A stretch of 64,000 bases of DNA from Candidatus Kapaibacterium sp. (lineage in GTDB: Bacteria > Bacteroidota > Ignavibacteria > Kapaibacteriales > UBA2268): the NCBI GenBank assembly GCA_963665665.1, contig OY762428.1, forward strand, positions 1,216,001 through 1,280,000, given 5' to 3'. Shown here piece after piece: positions 39,856 through 49,438 of the stretch. A model generated the notes under the pieces. That model was not told the origin of the DNA. It saw nothing but the letters and a program-made list of their open reading frames with translations, and ran no database searches. Position numbers and translations under genes: made by a program. The number at the start of each line of letters is the position of its first letter. The stretch's first letter is position 1.

Positions 39856-42345
39856 TTAATCATTAAAAAGAGTCAGCCTGATACCGGCGTATACTTTCCT
39901 GCCCATAACCGGCGCCCATATAATCGATGAATCGAAATATTTCCCGAAAGGTTCCTGCCATGCAAGGATAGGATTTTTCTGGGTATAATCGCCAAGGTTT
40001 TCACCACCGACATATATTTCGAAATCCTTGAATTTCTTGGTAATCTGCCCCATAAATAAAAAGTAAGCATCAAATTCATCCGGGAGGCGGTATTCCACCG
40101 GATTCTGAGAAGTATTAGGAAGCCTTCCGCTGCCTATCCTGTTGGCAGTGAAATCAAATGCCCAGGAATCATCATCAGTTGTATATCCAATATTTATAAA
40201 GGATTTGTTCCTGCTTTGCAGCGGTTTTTCCTCCAGCTTGCCGTTTAGAGTCATTTTTACATCCACCCACCTGTACGCTGCTGTTATTTCCAGTCCGTAT
40301 ATTGGTTCAAGATTCATATCCACCTGAAAAGCATTGGAATATGAGTCGCCATCCAGATTATATATATGAGTTTCGCCGGGTGAACGATCCAGGTCAATTA
40401 TCATCTGGTTTATGAAATTCGTATGGTAAAACTCCGCATTAAAATTTACCGGCAGGTCGAAAATATTAACTTCTGTTGATGCGTTCACACCAAAATTCCA
40501 TGCTTCCTCAGCATCAAGGTCTTCCTCGAAGAAAATTTCACGGGAACTTGCCAGCAAATTGATATTCTCTGCATATACATTCGGAACCCTATAGCCTTTA
40601 CCGGCAGAAGCCCTGATCACATTGTAGTCATCAAACTGATATTTTAAATGGAAACGAGGTGTTACAAATGTTCCGAAATTATTGTGAAAATCAGTTCTCA
40701 GGCCGGTTATCACAGTAAGTTTATCAATTCCGGTAAAAGTATATTCCGCAAAGGCCCCCGGAACAATCTCATTCCTGTACATACTTTGTCCGTTCAGCTC
40801 TTCAATATATTCATCAAATAAAAAACTGATCCCGGTGTTCAATTTGTGATCCGACACCCAATGCCCTACATGTTTTACACAGTTGGGCAGGCCTTCTTCA
40901 TGATCATGCTCTTCCGCGTGGCCGTGCCCTTCGTGGCTGTTATGATCATGCTCTTCCACGTGGCCGTGCCCTTCGTGGTCGTCATGTTCTTCCGCCTCTT
41001 CTGCATGATCGTGGCCTTCATGAGTATCATGTTCTTCCGTCTCTTCTGCATGATCGTGGCCCTCGTGGTCTTCATGCTCCTCGGATTCTTCTGCATGATC
41101 GTGGCCTTCATGGCTGTTATGATCATGCTCACACATATACCCGAATTCCGTATCGAAAAGCAGATTTAAATAGAAAGAATTTTCGTCGGCCTTATAATTA
41201 TTGCTGCCAAAGAAAGCATCCTGCTCGTGCCTGCTGGCCGAAAATAGCAAGGCTAAACTGGAGTGATCGCCAACAAAGAAACCACTCTTGCCAAAGGCTT
41301 CATAGCGCCTGGTATTAATTTCCATACCGTAAAGATCGTTATTATCGCTGCCGAAATATCCTTTCTGCCCGCCTCTTCTTTCTTCACTCAAAGCCTTAAC
41401 GCCAAATTGAGTATGGCCCAGAGAATGGTCATAAGTCCACCTGTTCATAAAATTGATCTGTCTCGTTGTCGGCATATCAAGAAAAGTATCATCATTGTGG
41501 TCAATCTCAGTTTGCATCTGGCTGACATGAGCAAAAATTGCCGTCCCTAGATTCTCACTAACTTTTATTGAAGAGTTCAGGTTGGCCTCGAGCCTTGCGG
41601 CATCATTTGCAAACAGATTTATAAATAGTGGTTCACCTGTATTTGGCTTTTTATAATCAACGCTGATCTGTCCGGTTATTGATTCATAGCCTGTAGCAAC
41701 CGAAGCAGCCCCTTTGGAAATGGCAATCGATTCCATCCATGACCCGGGAACGTAGTTCAGCCCGAAAGTATTAGCCAGGCCACGCATCAAAGGAATCTTT
41801 TCAGTCAGCATCTGCGAATATATTCCCGCCAGCCCAAGAAGTTCTATCTGTTTCGCACCGGTTACAGCATCACTATATGATACATCAACAGATGGATTGG
41901 TTTCAAAACTTTCCGCCAGGTTGCAGCAGGCAGCTTTTCTTAAGCCGTGGCCGCCTATCCTGTCGGTACGTATATCATCGTTAAAATTGATAAGAGTTGC
42001 AGTTTCATTTGCTGTTACAACTACTTCGTCGGTGCTGTAACTCGATTCCAGGACAACTTCAATATTGTCAACAGTTGATGATATTGATATGGTATCCTTC
42101 ATATATCCGGTGTAGGATACAATCAAATTATTACTGTTGTCGGGTTTTGGGATTGAGAACTTACCCTCTCTGTCTGCAAGAGTGCCTTTTTTTGTACCCA
42201 TCCAGAACAATGTTGCTTTCGGAAGTATGTCTTTCTTCCCTTCAGCATCTATACCATATACAACACCATTAACGGTATTTGGTTCGGCATTCAAATCTGT
42301 AAAAATTCCAAGCGTTAATAATATTATAAATATCTTTTTCATCAT
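39856..42345 (-). CDS. TonB-dependent receptor (metal-uptake type) with His-rich insertion
   Basis: CarboxypepD-like N-domain, plug KAACCNLAESFETNPSVD, KG..SV..GYESITGQI, ends YAGIRLTLFND. Confidence 0.93.
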   Translation of the reverse strand: MMKKIFIILLTLGIFTDLNAEPNTVNGVVYGIDAEGKKDILPKATLFWMGTKKGTLADREGKFSIPKPDNSNNLIVSYTGYMKDTISISSTVDNIEVVLESSYSTDEVVVTANETATLINFNDDIRTDRIGGHGLRKAACCNLAESFETNPSVDVSYSDAVTGAKQIELLGLAGIYSQMLTEKIPLMRGLANTFGLNYVPGSWMESIAISKGAASVATGYESITGQISVDYKKPNTGEPLFINLFANDAARLEANLNSSIKVSENLGTAIFAHVSQMQTEIDHNDDTFLDMPTTRQINFMNRWTYDHSLGHTQFGVKALSEERRGGQKGYFGSDNNDLYGMEINTRRYEAFGKSGFFVGDHSSLALLFSASRHEQDAFFGSNNYKADENSFYLNLLFDTEFGYMCEHDHNSHEGHDHAEESEEHEDHEGHDHAEETEEHDTHEGHDHAEEAEEHDDHEGHGHVEEHDHNSHEGHGHAEEHDHEEGLPNCVKHVGHWVSDHKLNTGISFLFDEYIEELNGQSMYRNEIVPGAFAEYTFTGIDKLTVITGLRTDFHNNFGTFVTPRFHLKYQFDDYNVIRASAGKGYRVPNVYAENINLLASSREIFFEEDLDAEEAWNFGVNASTEVNIFDLPVNFNAEFYHTNFINQMIIDLDRSPGETHIYNLDGDSYSNAFQVDMNLEPIYGLEITAAYRWVDVKMTLNGKLEEKPLQSRNKSFINIGYTTDDDSWAFDFTANRIGSGRLPNTSQNPVEYRLPDEFDAYFLFMGQITKKFKDFEIYVGGENLGDYTQKNPILAWQEPFGKYFDSSIIWAPVMGRKVYAGIRLTLFND
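40879..41133 (-). repeat. Intragenic ~45-bp degenerate repeat encoding five HEGH(D/G)H(A/V)EE units
   Basis: C-EHDHNSHEGHDHAEE...HDHEEGLPN-C; 24 His in 85 aa. Confidence 0.9.
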
Positions 42346-42420
42346 AATCTCCGTAATAAAAATCAATAAATCGCTCCGCAATAAGCGGATTCAATAAAAG
42401 TGTATTTGTAATGATTAAGA

Positions 42421-42918
42421 TTAAAGGAGATTATCCGGAACATCATCCCGGTCTGAACTGAATTGTTTGGCCAGTATTATTGAAAGGATAAGTTGTGGTT
42501 TCCGGACAATTTCTACAAAGGGCCCGGAAAAATTATTATCAAAGTCAGATATATAAAGCTTCTCTCTTATAATATCGCTGATATATTCTTTAAGAAGAAC
42601 TTTCACTTTCGCAAAATGATTAGGAATATCAAAGCTTACATCCAAAACATGGAAATCAGAATAATTGATACAATGCCCGAAATCATCAAAAAACTGAGTA
42701 TCATTATTTCCGTAATCATTCGCCATAGTGCAGCAAGCACCACCACTACAACAATTGCAATTTTCATGATGCCCCTCGCAGCTAAGGTCGGAACTTAAAG
42801 ATGCGAACTTCATACCTGTATGCGAACACTCGTGATAATAAATCTCAACACCAATCAGCGAAAGCATCACCGACTGGATAAGAATTATTGCTACGATATG
42901 TTTGAAATACTTTTTCAT
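42421..42918 (-). CDS. Cys/His-rich small secreted protein (HYC_CC_PP-like)
   Basis: Hydrophobic N-terminus, YYHEC, CNCC..CC; first gene of a TBDR-HMA operon, the usual position for this family. Confidence 0.65.
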   Translation of the reverse strand: MKKYFKHIVAIILIQSVMLSLIGVEIYYHECSHTGMKFASLSSDLSCEGHHENCNCCSGGACCTMANDYGNNDTQFFDDFGHCINYSDFHVLDVSFDIPNHFAKVKVLLKEYISDIIREKLYISDFDNNFSGPFVEIVRKPQLILSIILAKQFSSDRDDVPDNLL

Positions 42919-43099
42919 ATTCTTCAAGAATTACGAATAACAAAATTACATATTTTGGATTGAAATTAAAAAACATGATCGAATAATTATTCAGGTTGCC
43001 TGCTGCCTGTAATGAAGTTTATATAAAACAGACAAAATATTCAATAGCTACGCTCTTTAACTCGTGGATAAAGATGCAAGGTTCGGAGGCAAAGAAAGA

Positions 43100-43661
43100 A
43101 AACCACTCCTATAACCCCATCCTCCGCGAGGATGGGATAAGAAGTTAAATATCATAAGATTAACTCCCCCTCTTTCGAAGGAGGGAGCCGGGGGGAGGTT
43201 GGGAGGGTCTATGGTAATGCACCGTTGTTTTGCTTCATTGATACCTTGTTCCAAATCAAAGCAAGAAAACCACCCCTGTATTCCCCTCCTACTTTAGGAG
43301 GGGATAAGAAGTTAAATAACATAGAATTAACTCCCCCTCCTTTCGAAGGAGGGGGGCGGGGGGAGGTAGGAAGTGTCGAAAGCAATGTACCAATGGTTGA
43401 AGATAATGAACTCTTGGTTGAAGCTATTGCAGCAATGTTTTGCTTTATTGCTGCCTTGTTTGAAGCTGTTGATACCTTGTTCGAAGTTATTGCTGCCTTG
43501 GTCGGAGTTATTGACGCCTTGGTCGGAGTTATTGACGCCTTGGTCGGAGGCAAAGAAACAAAACCTCCCCTGTATTCCCCTCCTCCGCGAGGAGGGGATA
43601 AGAAGTTAAATAACATAGAATTAACTCCCCCTCCTTCCGAAGGATGTGGCCGGGGGGAGGT
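43100..43661. mobile_element. Three copies of a ~100-bp double-hairpin MITE/REP element
   Basis: AAACC.CCCCT..CCCCTCCT..AGGAGGGGATAAGAAGTTAAAT..TTAACTCCCCCTCCTT..AAGGAGGG..GGGGGGAGGT at ~43100, 43267 and 43561. Confidence 0.75.
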
Positions 43662-44044
43662 AGGAAGTGTCGAAAGCAAAGCACCGATGTTCTAAGCCAT
43701 TGCAACAATGTTTTGCTTTATTGACGCCTTGGTCGAAGGCATTGCTGCCTTGGTCGGAGGCATTGCTGCAATGTTTTGCTTTATTGTTCCCTTGGTCGGA
43801 GGTAAAATACCGTTGTTCGAGGGCATTATTGCCTTATTCTTCTTCAAAGCCCTCTCCTTCGGGGAGGGTTTGGGAGGGGTCGGAGCCATTGCACCAATGT
43901 TTGATTCTATTGTTGCTTTATTCTTCTTCAAAGCCCTCTCCTTCGGGGAGGGTTTGGGAGGGGTCGGAGTTATTGCACAGATGTTTGATTCAATTGTTGC
44001 CTCGGTCGGTGGTAATGATTGCTTGTGTAGTATTGGAATCCGAA
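43380..44044 (-). repeat. Degenerate 21-bp tandem array (left arm), interrupted by MITEs
   Basis: Plus-strand unit GCCTTGGTCGGAGTTATTGAC and variants; minus strand reads GCAATnnnnCGA(A/C)CAAGnnA. Confidence 0.85.
43846..43964. repeat. Two copies of REP-like AAAGCCCTCTCCTTCGGGGAGGGTTTGGGAGGGGT
   Basis: Identical copies at 43846 and 43930, 84 bp apart. Confidence 0.85.
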
Positions 44045-44564
44045 ATATTTAGCTGATTGAATAATTTATAATACTTGAATAATAAAATATATCATAAGAA
44101 TTAGTAAATATTTAAGTATTTGTAATAAATATATTTATCAGATTATTAAATAATCATATAGATTTACAATATTAATAATATAACTAATCAAATAAATAAT
44201 TCATACAAGACATTAATCACTGTTTTTTATAAATTCTTCTTCTTCTTTTATAAAATATATTGGGTATCCAAGTATATATTTAATTGTTCTAACAAATTAG
44301 ATATACTGATTAATTAATAGGTTAATACTAATATTTAATAGTCTATAATATTAATTTAATAAATCATACCAATTATTTAATTATATGTATAAGATAAATA
44401 GTTATTTATATAAAAAGTTTTGTTAGATGAACTATATCAAGGCTTGGATATGTTATATAAATTATTATAAATACTATATATTTATTACAATTAGTATAAT
44501 ATTTAGTAATTTTACCTATATATTTGATTATTAGTTCTATCTATATACTATTCTCATCTCTACC
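44045..44564. other. Extremely AT-rich non-coding core with inverted symmetry
   Basis: No ORF of 60 aa or more; 44078-44134 matches revcomp of 44476-44532 at 46/57 ungapped. Confidence 0.8.
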
Positions 44565-44860
44565 TTCGGGATTTCAATGCCAAACAAGCAAGCAACGAGG
44601 CGGAACAAGCAAGCAATGAAGCCGAACAAGTGAGCAATGAAGCCGAACAAGTGAGCAATGAAGCGGAACAAGCGAGCAATTAGGCAAAACAAGACAGCAA
44701 TTAGGCAAAACAAGACAGCAATGAGGCATAACAAGTGAGCAATGAAGCAGAACAAGCAAGCAACGAGGCGAAACAAGCGTACAATGAAGCGGAACAAGAC
44801 ATCAGTGAGGCAAAACAAGTGTGCAATAAGCCGGAACAAGACAGTTTAAAGCCCTGCCAA
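44565..44860 (+). repeat. Degenerate 21-bp tandem array (right arm), 13 units
   Basis: Invariant AACAAG every 21 bp from 44583 to 44835; consensus AACAAGnnAGCAATGA(A/G)GCnG. Confidence 0.95.
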
Positions 44861-45020
44861 CAAAGCAATTATCCCAAACATCAGGATTCTGGTTCGAAAC
44901 AGCATTGAATTAAGGAAATTATCCGATTCATTGAAACCACAGGATGGGGAATTAAGGCGATCGGCCTGTTCATTGGGGTGGAAGAACGGGTAAACTGAGC
45001 AAAAGAATGAGATGTTATGT

Positions 45021-45307
45021 TGTCATTCCCCGACACGTCGGGGCAGGCTTCCGGAGCGAAGCGACCGAAGAATCCATCTTCTTTAGTTAGATAGTGTATG
45101 AAGAATGGATACTTCGCTCCGCTCAGTATGACAATACACCCTTAAAGCCTCCTTCCCAAGCCCCCGCTTGGGAAGGAATTTTTCCTGCAAAGTTCTACTT
45201 TGGAATTATGAAGCTCAGCTTCAAAAGAAAACTGCATTACGAAGTACAACTTCGTAATGAGGGGAAATGCATTAAGAATGGATTCTTCGCTGGCGCTCAG
45301 AATGACA
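45021..45307. mobile_element. Cluster of REP/MITE-like elements
   Basis: TGTCATT..GAGCGAAGCGACCGAAGAATCC...GGATACTTCGCTCCGCTCAGTATGACA (45021-45133); CCTTCCCAAG..CTTGGGAAGG...CATTACGAAG..CTTCGTAATG (45148-45262); lone end GGATTCTTCGCTGGCGCTCAGAATGACA (45280-45307). Confidence 0.7.
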
Positions 45308-45400
45308 TCCCAGCAACTATAATAACTTCAATAGGAAAAGAATCCACCCCCGGCCTGTCGGGGCCGGCGGGCTTCTCCCAAAGTTGCACTTTCGGGAGTT

Positions 45401-46009
45401 TCACTCAGCCACAATGAATTTGAAATGATCGATTGTTTTATTGTGTTTGATTTTCAGGCCTGATTTTTCAACTATGGGTTCCAGTCCGCCATTTCGGTAA
45501 TAATTAACAAAACCGCTAAAATGATCCGGCCCGGCAAAAAACTCGGCAAGATAATTTGATATTCCGCGCAGGTCAAGTGGCTGTGGTATGCTGTAGTCCA
45601 CTATTATTAATTTGTCCGATACGCTTTTCATGGATTTCAGCACGTCGATACGTATTTCCGGTGGCATTTCGTGTAGTGCATAAGAAATAAATGCCCAGTT
45701 GAAACCGCCGTTTGATATTTTATTCAGTTCAAGGGCATTGCCGTGAACAAAATCCACATTACCAATCTTTTTATTTCTTCTTATTTTATCAGCTTCCCTG
45801 ATGTTTTTCGAGGAAAGGTCAATTCCTGTTACTTTATCGGCAAGGTTTGCTGCAATAAATGAGAAGCCCCCGGTAGCGCAGGCAACATCGAGAACGGAGC
45901 CCGTCCTGCCGATATATTCAGCAGCCATTTTATATACTTTCTCCTGGTGCGGCACAATAAACTTCTCATAAAAAGCGCCGTCGTACCAGTGTTTCTTTTC
46001 TCTTTGCAT
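45401..46009 (-). CDS. Class I SAM-dependent methyltransferase
   Basis: VLDVACATG, GIDLS, GNA, SYALHEMP, IVDY. Confidence 0.9.
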   Translation of the reverse strand: MQREKKHWYDGAFYEKFIVPHQEKVYKMAAEYIGRTGSVLDVACATGGFSFIAANLADKVTGIDLSSKNIREADKIRRNKKIGNVDFVHGNALELNKISNGGFNWAFISYALHEMPPEIRIDVLKSMKSVSDKLIIVDYSIPQPLDLRGISNYLAEFFAGPDHFSGFVNYYRNGGLEPIVEKSGLKIKHNKTIDHFKFIVAE

Positions 46010-46026
46010 TTTCCAGCTGTTATTGT

Positions 46027-46371
46027 TTAATAAAAGCCAAGTTCCATCTGTGCTGCTTCGCTCATCATTGACTGATCCCAGGGCGGATCGAATGTAAGAA
46101 TAACTTTTGCATCCTTTACAGCGTCGATTTCTTTAACTTTCGTTTCCACTTCGCCGGGCATAGACCCCGCAGCGGGACAGTTTGGTGCTGTTAAAGTCAT
46201 TAATATCACTACTTCTTTTTCGGCTGTAACCTTTACGTCGTATATCAGGCCAAGCTCCCATATATTAACAGGTATTTCCGGATCAAATACAGTTTTTATC
46301 TGATCCACTGCCTTCATTTCGATTTCTTTGAGTTCAGTTAACTGATTATCCATAACAACCTCAGCATTCAT
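46027..46371 (-). CDS. sufT: SufT/DUF59 Fe-S assembly protein
   Basis: VFDPEIPVNIWELGLIY, MTLTAPNCPAA, FDPPW..MSEAA. Confidence 0.92.
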   Translation of the reverse strand: MNAEVVMDNQLTELKEIEMKAVDQIKTVFDPEIPVNIWELGLIYDVKVTAEKEVVILMTLTAPNCPAAGSMPGEVETKVKEIDAVKDAKVILTFDPPWDQSMMSEAAQMELGFY

Positions 46372-46804
46372 CTTTTTCATCAATAGCATCTATCATTGTG
46401 TGCCAGGCAAGGGATGCGCATTTCACCCTGGCCGGAAATTCGCGCACGCCGGAAAATACTGCGAGTTTGCCAAGCTCGGCCATATCCGGTTCTTCATCAA
46501 CAGGCATTGTTACTACATGATGAAACTTATCGAACATTTGCTTTGCCTCTTCAACGGTTTTACCTTTCACCATTGTTGTCAGCAGCGATGCGGAGGCTTT
46601 GGAAATAGCACAACCCTCGCCGGTAAACTTTATATCTTTTATAATATTATCCGAATCAATATCCAGCTGTATATCTATCTGGTCTCCGCATAGGGGATTA
46701 TGACCGTGAGCACACCTGTTCTTAGTTTGAAGTTCACCGAAATTCCTCGGTGATTTATTGTGGTCCAATATTACTTCCTGATAAAGATCATTTATTTCAC
46801 TCAT
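46361..46804 (-). CDS. sufU: SufU/IscU-type protein
   Basis: LYQEVILDH..PRNFG, NPLCGD, GCAISKASAS, PARVKCA.LAWH. Confidence 0.95.
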   Translation of the reverse strand: MSEINDLYQEVILDHNKSPRNFGELQTKNRCAHGHNPLCGDQIDIQLDIDSDNIIKDIKFTGEGCAISKASASLLTTMVKGKTVEEAKQMFDKFHHVVTMPVDEEPDMAELGKLAVFSGVREFPARVKCASLAWHTMIDAIDEKDEC

Positions 46805-46821
46805 CTCAAAACCTGAATTTT

Positions 46822-48087
46822 TTACGAAAACATATTTATAACTTTTTTAAGTGCTTTTGCCAGTTCGTCAATTTCTTCTTTTGTATTGTAGAATGCAAAG
46901 GATGCACGGGAAGTAGCCGGAATACCAAACCTTCTCATTACCGGTTCTGTGCAGTGGTGACCGGTTCTGACAGCTATACCCTGCGTATCGAGTAAAGTTC
47001 CCACGTCATGCGGATGAATATTATCAAGAACAAAAGAAATGGCTCCTGCTTTTTCCTTGGCAGTACCAATGATTTTAAGTCCGTTTATTGCAGATAGCTT
47101 TTCGGTTCCATATTCCATCAATTCTTTTTCGTATGCGGCAATTTTATCTATCCCTGTTTTTCTGACGTAGGTGATAGCTTCTCCAAGGCCAATGGCACCG
47201 ACAATATTTGGCGTTCCGGCTTCGAACCTGTAAGGCAGGTCGTTGTAAATAGTTTTTTCAAATGTTACGGATTTAATCATATCCCCGCCACCCTGATACG
47301 GCGGCATTTCAGCAAGAATATCTTTCTTTCCGTATAATACGCCTATCCCTGTAGGGCCGTATATTTTATGGCCTGAAAAAGCCATGAAATCAACATCGAG
47401 TTCTCTTACATCGACGGGAATATGCTGTATAGACTGTGCCGTATCCATTAAAACAACAGCACCAACTTCATGGGCAGCATCAATAATCTGCTTTGCAGGA
47501 TTGATAGTGCCAAGGGAATTCGATACATGAACAAAAGATACAATTTTTGTCCTTCTGTTCAACATTTTATAATATTCTTCAAGATCAATTTCGCCATCGT
47601 CGGTTATCGGAACAACTTTAAGAATAGCGCCGCTGTCTTGTGCAAGGAGCTGCCAGGGAACAATATTGGAGTGATGTTCCATTCCGGTAATAAGTATTTC
47701 ATCGCCATGTTTTACATTGGCCCTGCCCCATGTGGATGCAACCAGGTTGATGGATTCAGTTGTGCCGCGTGTAAAGATCAGCTCGATATCCCTTGTGGAA
47801 TTTACCAGCTTTTGTATCTGATGCCTTGCCGCTTCGTACCTGCGGGTAGCTTCCTGGCTAAGGTGGTGCACCCCGCGATGAATATTACTGTTATAATTAG
47901 TATAATATTTCGTTATTTCATCAATTACCTGCCTGGGTTTCTGCGTAGTAGCAGCATTGTCAAGGTAAATCAGCGGCCTGTTATGCACTTCCTGCGCAAG
48001 TACCGGAAAATCTGACCTGATCTTATCAATATCCAGGCCGTGGGTATTTAATTTAGTTGCTGTTGCATTCATATATGGATCTTTCAT
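46822..48087 (-). CDS. sufS: Cysteine desulfurase SufS
   Basis: YLDNAATTQKP, EHHSNIVPWQ, SGHKIYGPTGIG, RTGHHC. Confidence 0.97.
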   Translation of the reverse strand: MKDPYMNATATKLNTHGLDIDKIRSDFPVLAQEVHNRPLIYLDNAATTQKPRQVIDEITKYYTNYNSNIHRGVHHLSQEATRRYEAARHQIQKLVNSTRDIELIFTRGTTESINLVASTWGRANVKHGDEILITGMEHHSNIVPWQLLAQDSGAILKVVPITDDGEIDLEEYYKMLNRRTKIVSFVHVSNSLGTINPAKQIIDAAHEVGAVVLMDTAQSIQHIPVDVRELDVDFMAFSGHKIYGPTGIGVLYGKKDILAEMPPYQGGGDMIKSVTFEKTIYNDLPYRFEAGTPNIVGAIGLGEAITYVRKTGIDKIAAYEKELMEYGTEKLSAINGLKIIGTAKEKAGAISFVLDNIHPHDVGTLLDTQGIAVRTGHHCTEPVMRRFGIPATSRASFAFYNTKEEIDELAKALKKVINMFS

Positions 48088-48106
48088 TTCTTTCCGGTTT
48101 TTTATT

Positions 48107-49426
48107 CTAAAAATTCAATATGTCATCTATTTTCTCTAATAGAAATTTCTTTAATCCTTCAATTTCAATTTCCTCGACGATTTCATCGGCAAATGCTTTT
48201 AAGAGTAGTGAACGGGCTGCATCTTCGTCAATTCCACGAGCCCTGAAATAGAATATAGCTTCGTCGTCAAGCGATCCCGTTGTAGCGCCATGACTGCATT
48301 TTACATCATCGGCATAAATTTCAAGCTGGGGTTTTGTATTAATTTTTGCATCGTCAGTCAGCAGGATATTCCTGTTTGTCTGGTATGCATTTGTTCTTTG
48401 TGCATCAGGCCTTACCAGGATTTTCCCATTGAAAACGGCTCTTGATTTGTCATCCAGTATACCTTTGAAAAGCTGATTGCTTGTACAGTCGGGACTTTTA
48501 TGGTCAATTAAAATGTGATTTTCAACAAAGCGCTCGTCTGTGGTTATAAAAACACCTTTCATATCGGCATCAGCTCCACTGCCAAGCAGGGTGGTTTTTA
48601 AATTATTCCTGACAAATGAACCGTCGATGCTTACAGTATAATTTTTAAATGAAGAATCCCGATGCTGATCAAGGATAAGGTCGTTTATACTATAGGAGCC
48701 TTCCCTGTCATTTCTCACGGCATAATAATTTACTCTGCTTCCTGCTGATAAGCTGCCATAAGTAGCGGTATTTGTAAACGACATATTCGAACCGAGCGAT
48801 AAATCGGAGACCACTATATTTATAGATGAGTTTTCGCCTGCCTGAATAAAATTCATAGTGTTAGAAAATACATTTCCATTATTCGTATCGCTCAGATTTA
48901 TTATATGTACGGGACGAGAAAATGAATAATTCCGAGCCAGCTTAATTAATAAGCCGTCCGAAGCAAGTCCGGAGTTAACGGCAAGGAATGGATTTTTTCT
49001 GTAATCCCCGGAAGTAATCATATCCTTAACAGGAATAATTTCTTCATCGACGGTATTTCTGATCGGCTTTATTGTAATATTTTCATTATTCAGCAATTCC
49101 GATCCGTCTTCCTGGACGTAGCCGTTTACGATATATATTTTCACTGCATTTTCAATATCAGGCAGCCTGTCTGATTTATCAATAATAATCTTATCAATAT
49201 CATCAAAAGACGGTATTGTAAAATCATTTTTTCTCAGGAAATTAAGCGAGGTATATTTCCATTCTTCATGTTTCGGAGTTGGTAAACCCATTTCTGAAAA
49301 AACTTTAATAGCTTCTTTTTTCATAATATTTATTTCAGAATCGGCATTTCCGTTCATGGCTGCTTTTATCCTGTCAAATTCATCGGCAACCAGTTTTTTA
49401 AAATCAATTTTTTTTATTTCATTCAT
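48107..49426 (-). CDS. sufD: Fe-S assembly protein SufD
   Basis: EEWKYT, FKGILD..AVFNGKI, KPQLEIYADDVKCSHGAT. Confidence 0.95.
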   Translation of the reverse strand: MNEIKKIDFKKLVADEFDRIKAAMNGNADSEINIMKKEAIKVFSEMGLPTPKHEEWKYTSLNFLRKNDFTIPSFDDIDKIIIDKSDRLPDIENAVKIYIVNGYVQEDGSELLNNENITIKPIRNTVDEEIIPVKDMITSGDYRKNPFLAVNSGLASDGLLIKLARNYSFSRPVHIINLSDTNNGNVFSNTMNFIQAGENSSINIVVSDLSLGSNMSFTNTATYGSLSAGSRVNYYAVRNDREGSYSINDLILDQHRDSSFKNYTVSIDGSFVRNNLKTTLLGSGADADMKGVFITTDERFVENHILIDHKSPDCTSNQLFKGILDDKSRAVFNGKILVRPDAQRTNAYQTNRNILLTDDAKINTKPQLEIYADDVKCSHGATTGSLDDEAIFYFRARGIDEDAARSLLLKAFADEIVEEIEIEGLKKFLLEKIDDILNF

Positions 49427-49438
49427 AATTTGCTCCGC

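Noticed and set aside
43057-44839. Several 60-156 aa ORFs on both strands
   Set aside because: Translations of repeat arrays and MITEs; mutually overlapping and low complexity.
44583-44856. CRISPR array interpretation of the 21-bp repeats (also 32694-32918)
   Set aside because: Units are contiguous with no 25-45 bp unique spacers, and there are no cas genes.
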